Positions 1 to 10,973 are shown, counted from the stretch's first letter. The stretch is DNA of 64,000 nucleotides from Felis catus (GCF_018350175.1 NC_058369.1:13456001-13520000); one strand, 5' to 3'. The notes: generated from the sequence alone by a model not told the origin. Translations and numbers: made by a program.

Positions 1-18
1 CCTTAAAAACACTTTTTC

Positions 19-243
19 GGGGCGCCCGGGGGGCTCAGTCGGTTGAGCCTCCAACTTCGGCTCAGGTCATGATCTCGCGGTCTGTGAGTCCTAGCCCCAC
101 GTCGGGCTCTGTGCTGACAGCTCAGAGCCTAGAGCCTGCTTCTGATTCTGTCTCTCTCTCTCTCTCTGCCCCTCCCCAGCTTGTGCTCTCTCTCTCTTTC
201 TCTCTCTCAAAATAAATAAAAATCTTTAAAAAAATAAAATAAA
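19..243 (+). mobile_element. Can-SINE (SINEC)
   Basis: tRNA-derived head, (CT)n, A-rich tail. Confidence 0.9.
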
Positions 244-1154
244 GCCCTCCATAAAAATCCTCACGATGAGAATACCGCTGCCGGCCGTTATCAAGAAGAA
301 AAAAACTCCTAGAAGCCTCAGTCGATATTCTTTGTGTACATTCAAGATAGAATATTCTTCAAACGGAATTTGGGGGGAACGGGTAAATGTGGCCAACGGG
401 TGGTTCGTGCGCTAATCTTCAGCAACCTGACTTTTGGCAGATGGGTTTTCGGTAATGGCCGCTGCCAGCTACGCCGCCCCGAATAAGCCACCGAACCCCA
501 CTCGGCCTCATGTACCCCCTCTAAGCAATGGGTGGCCAGGCTGATGGCAGGTGTCTTTGATACCTGGGTGTCCCCCCTGCCCCCGGGGCATCTGTGCCTT
601 GACCGGTGAGTGCTAGGTGCTTGGTGGGAAGGCAAGACACGAAGAGGCAGGTCTCGCTGGCCCGGCCCGTTGCTGCAGGAGGTGGGGGGTGTGAGGCCGT
701 ATCGGAAAGGCCGTGTTCCCCGCGTGGAAGAGGGGGCCCCCAGGGTGTGGAAACGATAGGAACCTCCGGGCCTAGTGAGACTTGCCCGGCGTGTTCTCAC
801 TTCGTCCCCTCCTAAGGGGCGAGAAGGGGCACCTGACTGAGCCCAAGTCCAGGCTTCCTTAACCCTTGGGCGGGAATCCCGCTCCAGGCCTCAGTGTTCC
901 CATCTGTGAAATGGGGACAGCTGCTGATTCACAGGAGGGGCTGCCACTCACACACGGGGTATGTTGTGGGCACACGGCTGCTGCCCCCTGGGGGCCCGGA
1001 AAGGGCCGTCGAGACCCGGAGCCCATCTCCTGGGTTGTGGGTGGGAAAACCAAGGCCCAGAGAGGGGCAGCGAGGTGCTCGGGGTCCCGCAGCCAGGCAG
1101 ACCTCAATCCCAGACCCCTTCTTCCCGCAGCCAGACCCGCGCTGCCTCACGTAC

Positions 1155-1310
1155 TGGACATCTGGCCTCCATCCTTCTCCCGGCAGAGCACGACGTACTC
1201 CTTCAGGACGCCAGGGCAGGCGCTCAGCACGGAGGGCGCCCACTCCACCGTCACGGAGTCCTGGCTGAGCCTTTTCACCAGCACGTGTTGTGGGCTTCCA
1301 GCCCCCGGGG
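1155..1310 (-). CDS. IL12RB1: IL12RB1 exon 12 ([52 protein letters not shown])
   Basis: gttgcag / GTACGT, 156 nt. Confidence 0.93.
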
Positions 1311-1675
1311 CTGCAACCGCGGCCATGGTCAGTTCCAGGAGTACCGGCTCAACCCTTCCTTCCCGCGTGCCCAGCCTGGCCCCGCGCAGAGACCCACGCG
1401 GGTGACCTTGGCGGCAGAGCCGGGCGGGCCTGGGTTCGAGTCCTGGCTCCCCGACCAGGTGCCATCATTTCTCTTCTCTGCGCCTCACTTTATTGAATCT
1501 ATAAAACGGGGCGAGGCCGCTCGGGGCGTCTACAGGAACCCCCTTCTGCGTGTCTGGCTTCTGGCCAAGGCCTGGCCCGGAGTAAGTGCCCCTGAATGTT
1601 CTTTCCCTCCTCCTCACGCCCAAGGCCGCTGCCAAGCCCTCCGGAGGGACCACCCCGTAGGTCTGGGCTACTCAC

Positions 1676-1813
1676 CGTGGCCTCCGAAGTGGTAGGTGGA
1701 CAAGACCGTGGACCACGAGGTGGGCTTCTGTGGGTTTGCGGACGCGAAGATCGTGATGCGGTAACACATCTTCTGCTCCAGCGCCCCGGATGCCCTGCTC
1801 CAGCTGTAGGTTG
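1676..1813 (-). CDS. IL12RB1: IL12RB1 exon 11 ([25 protein letters not shown]...STYHFGGH)
   Basis: ccttccag / GTGAGT, 138 nt. Confidence 0.95.
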
Positions 1814-2513
1814 CTGGAAGGATTGGCCCGGGCCAGGCCAGTAAACAGGTTGTATTTCCCTCCACATCTCGGCGCTGGCTGTGCCTCGTGCCGGGAACTC
1901 CCAGAGAGCACTCCTGCTCATACTTCAAAACCCTCGCACCAATGTCCCCTCTTCCAGGATCCCTTCCTTATCCCCCCACAGCCCGTCCCCGCCCCCCTCC
2001 AGCCCAGCCCTTCCTCTACAGGGCCTGGTGTGCCTGTCCCCAGCTCTGTCTCCCCAGTCTGCGGACTCCTCACGGGCCAGTCTGAGGCTGAGGTTCCTGG
2101 CGGAGGCCAGGCCCAGGGTAGGAAGCGGGAGGGAAGACGCGAGGTTGCGGGGGCCATGAGCCCTCCCCGTTTTCCTCCGGAGGCCTCATTAAATTCGCCA
2201 CCAGTATCTTGCTAGCTGCACCTCCTCTGGCACGGGTGAATGTTTAACAGGCACCCTGGGATGTGAGACTCATTACCTACTGGGGCGCGATCTGCCCAGG
2301 GCTAAGTAAGCCCTGATGCCCCAGGATCCTGGCAGGGAGCTCCCGGCCTGCATGGGGGGGAGGGTCCAAGTCTCAGCCTGGCTCCCACCTCTGGGGGACA
2401 TCGGGTAAGCAGCCAGGCCTGTCTGGGCCTCACACATCGCACACGCACAGCCCATAGAGGTCTGACCCGACCAGGGGCTCTAAGGCAGAGGCAGAGGCGG
2501 GGCATTACGGTAC

Positions 2514-2675
2514 CCATTCCAGTAGGGTCCCGATCCTGGGGTGGAATCAGGGTGCAGGTGGTCAGGCTCCTGTCCTGGCCCCGGGGCTGCCACTCGATGC
2601 AGTAGGTCATGTCCGGGGCCCAGGCTGGCCAACGCATGATGGTCCCGTTGGCGCCGGCGCTGATATTCAGAACCC
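2514..2675 (-). CDS. IL12RB1: IL12RB1 exon 10 ([31 protein letters not shown]...DPTGM)
   Basis: first AG after the pyrimidine tract (ccttccaaaaccag), donor GTACCG, 162 nt, phase 1-1. Confidence 0.88.
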
Positions 2676-2948
2676 CTGGTTTTGGAAGGAGTGGAGAGAG
2701 CCACGTGAGAACAGGTGCCCCCTTCTCCCGCCAGTCCAAGGCTCCCGTAACCCTGTGCCATCCTCTGGCCAAACCCTAACCCCTTGGGGCCGCGGGTATC
2801 TGCGCCTGGCTCTGTCTCCTCACACTGGGGGCCACCGGGCTGGGAGCCGGGCCCAGGGGCTGTTTGAATAAGTTCGGTCGTTTCCAGGTCTGACCATGAG
2901 TTCCCTGCCAAGACGCCCACCGTCTGCGACGCCTGTACTGATTTCCTG

Positions 2949-2954
<6 letters not shown>

Positions 2955-2987
<33 letters not shown>
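2955..2987. repeat. (CA)n microsatellite
   Basis: direct reading. Confidence 0.95.
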
Positions 2988-2990
<3 letters not shown>

Positions 2991-3643
2991 TGCGCACCCC
3001 TCCCCTTCCCACCCCGCCAGCCCGGAGAGCATCTCTTGTTCCAGCAGATGTCTGGCCGCCCACCTCCTGCCTCACCCAGTGACGGGTGGGTGTGGTGCCG
3101 GATGGTCCTCCTGGCCTGGGCACAAGGACACATCCACTCAGCTCCCGGCTCATCTCTCCCACTCCCTCCCGCAAGGGCGTCTGCAACAACCTTGGGGAGG
3201 TGGGCACGACTTCTAATTCCGGGGTCCACAACTAGCACGTATTGAGCGCCGACTATATGCGCCGGGCCCATGTGAGGGCTTTGCTATACCCTTCGCTACC
3301 AACGGGGACCGTGATCACCCCACTAACACAGACTCGGAGGCTCAGGGAGGGAGAGCCACTGGCCCAAGGTCACACAGCGGGGCCATGACCCAAACCAGGC
3401 CGGGAGCTGACCGGCTCGCTGCTGTGCGAGTGGCTTCACCCATCTGAGCCTCAGTCGTGTCATCTCTGAAATGGGCATCATTGTAACAGCCCTGTGCTCA
3501 CAGGGTTGCCGGGTGGCTCGGTGGGGCCGGGACCGGGGTGTGAGTGAGGCAACGATTGGGCACAAAATGTGAGGCACCGAAGAACTCAGTCGTCAAGGTA
3601 AATGTTGTTTTAAATGCGATATTTAAAAAAAAAAAAAAATCAA

Positions 3644-3874
3644 GGGGCACCTGGGTGGCTCAGTCGTTTAAGCGTCCGGCTGGGGTCATGATCTCACGGT
3701 TCGTGGGTTCGAGCCCCGGATCGGGCTCTGTGCTGTCAGCTCAGAGCCTGGAACCTGCTTCAGATTCTGTGTCTCCCTCTCTCTCTGCCCCTCCCCCACT
3801 CGTGCTCTCTCTTTCTCTCTCTCTCTTAAAAATAAGTCAATAAAACATTAAAAATAAAATAAAATATAAATAAA
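3644..3874 (+). mobile_element. Can-SINE
   Basis: GGGGCACCTGGGTGGCTCAG head, B-box GGTTCGAGCCC, (CT)n, A tail. Confidence 0.9.
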
Positions 3875-3909
3875 GCTAAAGAAGTCAAAACATGAACGGA
3901 AAAGTATGT

Positions 3910-4336
3910 GATGAGCACAATTTACAATCGCCAAAAGGTGGAAACAGCCGAAGTGTTCATCCGCGGATGAACAGGTCAATGCGCCGGGGTCCCGGCCACG
4001 CGATAGAATATTCCTCGATCATAAAAAGGAAACGTGGATGAACTTGGAAAACGTTATGCTGGTGAAAGAAGCCAGATACAAGAGGCCACGTGGTGTGTGA
4101 CCCCGTTCCCGTGAAATCTATAGAGACAGAAAGCGGGTTAGTGGTTGCCAAGGGCTGGGGAGAAGGTGGATGGGGAGTGACGGCTGATGGGCACGGGGTC
4201 TCCCTTTGAGGGTGATAGAAATGTTCTGGAACCGGACAGAGGTGATGGTTGCGCATCACTGCGAATGTCCTAAATGCCACTGAACCGCACCTGTTAAAGT
4301 GGCTGGTGTTGCTACGCGAATTGCACCTCAATAAAA
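3910..4336 (+). mobile_element. Ancient L1 (L1MB-like) 3' UTR fragment
   Basis: Typical segments gccaaaaggtggaaaca, gtggttgcca, aatgttctggaa, ending AATAAAA. Confidence 0.75.
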
Positions 4337-4458
4337 TATGTGTGTGCGCATACGTGCCCGTATACATAAATATAAATCTTGATTTGTTTCATCATACGTA
4401 TAAATACATGTACATATTTAATTATGTATATGTATACATAATGAACAAACATCAAGAT

Positions 4459-4642
4459 TTTTATTTTATGCTGGGGGGGCGCAAGCGAGACAGAGGGAGA
4501 GACAGGAAGACAGAGGGAGAAGTGGGGCTCCCCCCGAAGCGGGGCTGGAGCTCCCCTGCTGCGGAACTCGAACTCACGAACCCGCGAGATCATGACCTGA
4601 GCCGAAGTCAGATGCTTCGTGACTAAGCCACCCAGGCGCCCC
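4459..4642 (-). mobile_element. Can-SINE with TSD ATCAAGATTTT
   Basis: Reverse head ...CCACCCAGGCGCCCC; TSD at 4451 and 4647. Confidence 0.85.
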
Positions 4643-4818
4643 AGATATCAAGATTTTAAGTGAAGATAGGATCAATCCTGTGCCCGCCTCGCCCACCACA
4701 CCCTGATCTCACCCTGGTCCCCGTACAACTTTATTTACAAAAACAGGTGGTTGGTCTGGGCTGTACTTTGCCAGCTAGAGTTTTGGTGTTTGCGCGTTTG
4801 CTTTAAATACTGCGTTGT

Positions 4819-5056
4819 GGGGCGCCTGGGTGGCGCAGTCGGTTAAGCGTCCGACTTCAGCCAGGTCACGATCTCGCGGTCCATGAGTTCGAGCCCCGCG
4901 ACGGGCTCTGGGCCGATGGCTCAGAGCCTGGAGCCTGTTTCCAATTCTGTGTCTCCCTCTCTCTGCCCCTCCCCCGTTCATGCTCTCTCTCTCTCTCTCT
5001 CTCTGTCCCAAAAATAAATTTAAAAAAAGTTGAAAATAAATAAATAAATAAATAAA
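4819..5056 (+). mobile_element. Young SINEC_Fc-type element with perfect 15-bp TSD
   Basis: TAAATACTGCGTTGT at 4804-4818 and 5053-5067; CAGCCAGGTCACGATCTCGCGG. Confidence 0.93.
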
Positions 5057-5243
5057 TACTGCGTTGTAACATGACATGCCCTAATTAGTTGATTTTGACA
5101 CGTTCCTAAATTCGACACCCCCTTCACTTTGTGCCTCACGCGCCTCCCCGCTGCCCCCCGGCCCCCCCCGCCTGGCGGAGGCTCAGAGTAGGTTCTCAGA
5201 TCCCAGAGGCCCTCCCGCAGCCCTCCCCGGCCGGAGGAGACAC

Positions 5244-5487
5244 CTGGGTGGGTGTGGGCATGGGCAGGAATGTGCCACGTCTGGTTGGGGCCGGGGCCAA
5301 AGCGATTCTGGGAGACGACAGCCAGGTCATAGGCGGCGCCGGAGATATTGATGAACCTTCTCAGCTGCAAGGTCTTTGTGGCCTTGGGCTTACACGGGCA
5401 GGACAGCATGTGCAGGTGGACACGGTAGGTCACCTCCCCGCCAGACTTGGACCTGAGGCAGCCTTCTGGAAGCTCAAGCTGGGGCAG
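5244..5487 (-). CDS. IL12RB1: IL12RB1 exon 9 (LPQLELPEGC...HMLSCPCK...NQTWHIPAHAHTHP)
   Basis: cccacag / GTGTCT, 244 nt. Confidence 0.92.
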
Positions 5488-6350
5488 CTGTGGGGAGTGT
5501 GAGAGACGGCTTGCTGCTTGCGGAGGCCTGACCCCGGTCATCATCCCCAGGGTGCGGCCCCCGGGCAGACTCATCCATGGGCCAGGGCCTGTGCCAACAA
5601 TCAAAACAAAACAACACAACCAGCCCCCGCCCCCTGTCCCCCAAAAAGAAACCCTCCGTGCTGCCAGGGCGGCTGGAAGATAGCCATTCATGTCCGGTGC
5701 ATGTCGGTCTGAGGGGGAAATAATTTGGCGAAACTCACAGAGAGCCAGGGAAAAAAATGTTTTCGTTTTCCGGGGTTTTTTTGGTGGGTTTTTTTTTTTC
5801 CCCATCTTTGGAAAAGCCTGGAAATTTTTCCGAAGAAAAGGAATTCGAATGAGAGGAAAGCCAGGAAGTGAAAGAACTTTACTGCAGCCTTGACCGCGAC
5901 AGCCCGTTAGGGAGCTGGCCGCGTTAATTAGGGTGAAGCCAGGCGGCGCAACATTTGGTGGTTTTGCACCCTGACTTGGCCAGGAGAGTTTCCCTCTGTG
6001 CCTCAGTTTCCTTCCCTGTAAAATGGGGGTTAATTAGACTGCTCTTAACGCGTTGTTTATTATCTCCCATCTAGACGGACACGGCCGACCCCTGGCCTGC
6101 CTGCTTGCACCCCAGCCCCTCACAACCCCACCTGGCAGCCAGGGGAAGTCTACGAACACCTGAACCCCGCCATAGCCCTCCTCTGCTCACACACCCTCCA
6201 TTGCTCCCAATTACCCTGCAGAGTTAAACCCACGGTCCTTGCCACCTCCATGGCTCTTCCCCATGTCCTACTCGTGCCCCGACTCCAGCCTCTTTCTGGT
6301 CTCCTTCTGCCCATCCCAGGCCACCCTACAGCCCTGTGCCGGCCCATTAC

Positions 6351-6433
6351 CTGCCCATCCAGAGTCACCTGCCTCTTCCCGTCTGGGCGGAGTGCCCCCA
6401 CCGAGAACCTCCAGCTGGGCTGTGGGAGACGTT
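6351..6433 (-). CDS. IL12RB1: IL12RB1 exon 8 (ERLPQPSWRFSVGALRPDGKRQVTLDGQ)
   Basis: ttgcag / GTAATG, 83 nt. Confidence 0.93.
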
Positions 6434-7135
6434 CTGCAATGAATGGGATGGGCAAGACAGTGACGCCGGGGGCGTTCCCTTGCCCCGCCGCCACCCACAG
6501 ACCCCCGATGGGGACCCCCCCCGCCCCGCCTTGAAACACAGGATTCCCACGGGATGTTAGTTTGCAAAATCTGAAAACATGGAGATCTAGTCTCCAACAA
6601 CGTGACTATACTTAACGCTAGAAAACTACACTTCGAAATGGCTAAAATGGTACATTTTATATATGATGGGCTTTTTACCACACATTTTTTTCTTTTTCAA
6701 AGTCTGAAAATAACTCTTGGAGTTGTTTTCCGGCAGATAATGCACTTGGGCAGGAGGAGACCCCAGATCACAAGGCCAGGAGCAAATGTTGCCCGTGGCC
6801 TCATTCTTCCCTCCCTCTTGGACCCCGTCGCCACTCTACAGCTGCCCAAACTCCAGCTTCCTGTGTCATTTGGGAAAGTACGTCTTTGTGACACAGCCAT
6901 TTTCCCCTGTCAGCGCCCTGGGTGGCTTTAAAAGAGCAAAAGCAATGAAACACCCCGGAAGAAGAGAAAGACTGAGAAATGTTTCTTTTCAGATGATGGA
7001 TTCCCCACACTTGACGACGTGAAACTCGCTCACCGTTCTGCCCCCTTTTACTCCTTTCCACTGATTTCTCCCATCGCCTGTTTACTGACACCCGCCGCCT
7101 TACTTCCAAGGCCCACTGCTGAATTCTTCTTCTTC

Positions 7136-7345
7136 TTTTTTTTTTAATGTTTATTTATTTTTGAGAGCGAGAGAGACAGAGCATGAGCAGGGGCAGAGAG
7201 AGAGAGGGAGACACAGAATCCAAAGCAGGCTCCAGGCTCTGAGCCGCCAGCACAGAGCCCGGCGCGGGGCTCGAACTCACGAACCGTGAGATCGTGACCT
7301 GAGCCAAAGGCGGACGCTCAACCGACTGAGCCACCCAGGCGCCCC
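7136..7345 (-). mobile_element. Can-SINE
   Basis: poly-T, (GA)n, reverse tRNA head. Confidence 0.9.
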
Positions 7346-7401
7346 TCCACTGCCGCATTTCTACTGCCTGCCCTGGTTCCTGTGACTCTAGGTGCTCTCA
7401 C

Positions 7402-7527
7402 CAGGCGGGACACACACGGGGCTGCTCCAGCTGCTCCAGGGATCTCCTGGGGCTCCCGGCCTGAGCCGCCGCCTCCGCAGCTGGAATTCCTGGGCTGCGT
7501 CCATCTGCAGGGGGCAGAGGCATGACT
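7402..7527 (-). CDS. IL12RB1: IL12RB1 exon 7 ([21 protein letters not shown]...[12 protein letters not shown])
   Basis: ttgccag / GTGAGA, 126 nt, contains WSxWS. Confidence 0.95.
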
Positions 7528-7620
7528 CTGGCAAGAAACAGGTCAGACATCAAGCTAAAGGGCTGTCCCACACCTGGGGGTGCCCCGGGGCTTGGCACTG
7601 GGCACTTAGCCGTCATACAC

Positions 7621-7841
7621 TTTTTTTTTTTTTAATATTTTAACATTTGTTTTTTAAGACGGAGAGACAGAGCACAAGTGTGGGGGGAGGGGCAGAGAGA
7701 GAGGGAGACACAGAATCCGAAGCAGGCCCCAGGCTCTGAGCTGTCAGCACAGAACCCAACGCGGGGCTCGAACCCACAAACCGCGAGATCATGACCTGAG
7801 CTGGAGTCAGATGCTTGACCGACTAAGCCACCCGGGCGCCT
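7621..7841 (-). mobile_element. Can-SINE (TSD gtcatacactt)
   Basis: poly-T, reverse head, flanking direct repeat. Confidence 0.9.
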
Positions 7842-7948
7842 CAGTTGTCATACACTTATTGAGTGCCAGCTGTGTGCTGGGCCCTAGGGACACTGCGGGA
7901 ATAGGCTAGGGCCTGTCCCCTTGGAGCTTCAAGATCACCCATTCTTCT

Positions 7949-8190
7949 GGGGTGCCTGGGTGGCTCAGTCGGTTAAGCGGCCGACTTGGGCTCAGGTCAT
8001 GATCTCGCGGTCCGTGAGTTCGAGCCCCGCGTCTGGCTCTGTGCTGACAGCTCAGAGCCTGGAGCCTGTTTCCGATTCTGTGTCTCCCTCTCTCTGACCC
8101 TCCCCCGTTCATGCTTTGTCTCTCTCTGTCTCAAAAATAAATAAACGTTAAAAAAAATAAAATAAAATAAATAAAAAATTAAAAAAAAAA
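7949..8190 (+). mobile_element. Can-SINE (TSD aagatcacccattc)
   Basis: TSD at 7931 and 8189. Confidence 0.92.
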
Positions 8191-8429
8191 GATCACCCAT
8201 TCCGCCCCTGCCCTAGGTCAGAGTCCCGGCAAGGCCACCCATGGGGATGTGCCCCTGATCAATGGCTTCTCGCCCCCCAGGCTGTTTCCTCACCTGTGAA
8301 CTGGGCATAATCCAATACTGAACTACAGGGTGGGCCAGGAAGCACACAGAGAATTTAGCACTGGGCCTGGCACCCAGTGGGTGCTCAATTAACGCTAGCT
8401 TGCTGCAGCTGTTGTTATATTATTCTCAC

Positions 8430-8463
8430 CGAAGCCAGCATCATCCTGACGTCCACAGTGGCC
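8430..8463 (-). CDS. IL12RB1: IL12RB1 exon 6, 34-nt micro-exon (GHCGRQDDAGF)
   Basis: gtcctag / GTGAGA; phase 0->1 links exons 5 and 7; resembles human GDCGPQDDDT. Confidence 0.9.
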
Positions 8464-8476
8464 CTAGGACAAGATC

Positions 8477-8569
8477 ATATATATACATATACACATACAT
8501 ATATACATATATATACATATACATATATACATACACATATATAATATATACATATATATACACATATAT

Positions 8570-8608
<39 letters not shown>
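8477..8608. repeat. Compound (TA/CA)n microsatellite just upstream of the IL12RB1 exon 6 acceptor
   Basis: direct reading. Confidence 0.95.
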
Positions 8609-8610
<2 letters not shown>

Positions 8611-8675
8611 AATGAACCTGTGACCATTTCGGTGTTGAGAAATACTAGCTCTTTTCATTGTAAACAATTATTTTA

Positions 8676-8887
8676 GGGGCACCTGAGTGGCTCAGTCGGT
8701 TAAGCGTCCGACTTCGGCTCAGGTCATGATCTCACGGTCCGTGAGTTCGAGCCCCGCGTCGGGCTCTGTGCCGACCGCTCGGAGCCTGGAACCTGCTTCC
8801 GATTCTGTGTCTCCCTCTCTCTCTGACCCTCCCCTGTTCATGCTCTGTCTCTCTCGGTCTCAAAAATAAATAAATGTTAAAAAAAAA
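8676..8887 (+). mobile_element. Can-SINE
   Basis: head, B-box, (CT)n, A tail. Confidence 0.9.
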
Positions 8888-9219
8888 TTTTCTAATTAAA
8901 CAATGATTTTATGTGCAATGTGGGAGCTTGGGTCGGAGCCAGGAACAGAAAGAGGATGTTTGTAAAAATAAATAAATAAATAAATAACCAGAAATAAAAG
9001 AGGACATTCGCGGAAAAACGAGTGACCTCTGCAATTTAATTCATAGCAATATGCCAACATCCATCTCAGTCGCAAATAAACACACTCAAGAATGTGAGAT
9101 ATTAACATGCGGGGAAGCTGGGTGGAGTTTCTGTGGGAGTTGTCGGCTTCCTGGAAACTTTACGGAGAATCTAAGATTCTTCTAGAATTACAAGTTTACT
9201 GAAAAGATTTCAGGAGGCA

Positions 9220-9421
9220 GGGGCGCCAGGGTGGCTCAGTTGGTTAAGCGTCCAACTCTTTTCATTTCGGCTCAGTTCACGATCTCGCGGTTCGTGGGTT
9301 CGAGCCCCGCGTCGGGATCTCTGCTGACACCTCAGAGCTTAGAGCCTGCCTTCAGACTCTGTGTCTTGCTCTCTCTCTCTGCCCCTCCCCTGCTTGCGCT
9401 CTGTCTCTCTCTCTCTCTCAA

Positions 9422-9469
<48 letters not shown>

Positions 9470-9490
9470 AAAGGAAAAAAAAGAAAAAAA
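9220..9490 (+). mobile_element. Can-SINE whose tail has expanded into a (GAAA)n microsatellite
   Basis: head and body; (GAAA)n at ~9420-9470. Confidence 0.9.
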
Positions 9491-9888
9491 TCTTTAAAAA
9501 AATTACTTTAGGTGGCAAAACCTGTATGTCTATGGTGTTGGGGGTCAGGAAAGCCAGATTTAGGACACAGCCTGGCCCACACTTCCCGGTGTGATGCCGA
9601 GAGTCCCCCAACATCCCAAGCTTCAGTTCCCTCCTCTGCTAAGGTGCTCAGGGGGCTGGAAATAAAACAGAGAGACACGCCTTTCGCCATCAGAGGCCCC
9701 ATACCACTGCCTCTGACTGATTCCGTTGACCTGATGGCATAACAGAGACTCAGAGGGGCCCAACATTGGGAGGGATGGCGGGGCTGACGCTGAGGCGGCT
9801 CCCTGACCTCAAGATGCTCCCAGTCTGAGGGAGGAGGAGACACCATAATTCAGAGGCTGGAGGTCTCTGTCTCTCCCAAACTAGGGGC

Positions 9889-10109
9889 TTCTTCTTCTTC
9901 TTCTTCTTTTAAGTTTATTTATTTTGAGAGAAAGAGAGAGAGAGATGGAGAGAGCACGAGCAGGGCAGGGACAGAGAGAGAGAGGGGGAGAGAAAATCCC
10001 CAACAGCCTCCATGCTGTCAGCGGAGATCCCACAAACCGTGAGATCGTGACCTGAGCTGAGATCAAAGTGTTGGGACGCTTAACCGACGGAGCCACCCAG
10101 GTGCCCCCC
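9889..10109 (-). mobile_element. Can-SINE
   Basis: (CTT)n/poly-T tail, (GA)n, reverse head. Confidence 0.88.
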
Positions 10110-10254
10110 AGACTAGAGACTTCCTGGGCGCTAAGCAAGGGCTGAGATTTCTGGCAGGCCCAGCTGGCTCTGCCCCCGGGGGGGGGGGGGGGGGGGACAG
10201 CAGGGGCGGCAGAGGGTAGCCAAAGAATGAATGAAGGTCCAAAAAAGTCATACA

Positions 10255-10972
10255 GAGAAACAACCTAAGGGTCTGTCGATGGATGAATGAAAAAAACAAA
10301 AAACAAAAACAAAAACAAAATCAGGTGGTATACATACAATGGACTATCACTCAGCCTTACAAGAAGGAAATCTTGCCTTCTGCGACGACATGAATGGGGG
10401 AGTGTATTATGCTAAGTGTAAAAGGATCTCTACCCGGAAACGTGTGGATACAGAGAACTGATTGGTGGTTGCCAGAGGCAGGGGTGGGGGGTGCGTGACA
10501 CGGGTGAAGGTGGTCAAAAGGGACAAACTTCATTTGTAAAAGAAGTCAGTCCTGGGGATGTCATGTCCAGCTCGGTGACTGTAGCTAATAATACTGCCTG
10601 ATGGGGGCGCCTGGGTGGCTCAGTCCGTGACCCGTCAAGGCATGATCTCCGAGTTCGTGAGTTCGAGCCCCGTGTCAGGCTCTGGGCTGCCAGCTCAGAA
10701 CCTGGAATCTGCTTGGGCATCTGTGGCTCCCTCTCCCTCTGCCCCTCCCCGCTGGCACTCTCTGTCTCAAAAATAAGTAAACATTTAAAAAATAACAACA
10801 ATAATAACACGGTGTGGCGTATTTGAAAGCTCCTGGGAGAGTAGACCTTCCAAAGGTCTTAGGACAAGAAAAAAGGTTTATAACTTCGTGTGATCATCTC
10901 ACAATATGTATGTAAATATCAAATAAGTATGTTGAACACCTGAAACCAATATAATGTTATATGTCAATTATA
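10255..10972 (+). mobile_element. L1 (L1MA-like) 3' end interrupted by a SINE at ~10604-10793
   Basis: gatggatgaat...tatcactcagcc...gtggttgccagagg...cctgaaaccaatataatgttatatgtcaattat. Confidence 0.8.
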
Positions 10973-10973
10973 T

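Noticed and set aside
250..1150. Possible IL12RB1 exon 13
   Set aside because: No frame resembles the expected FN3 segment (…TQVTLSGL…YTVQVRAD…); the exon is presumably left of the window
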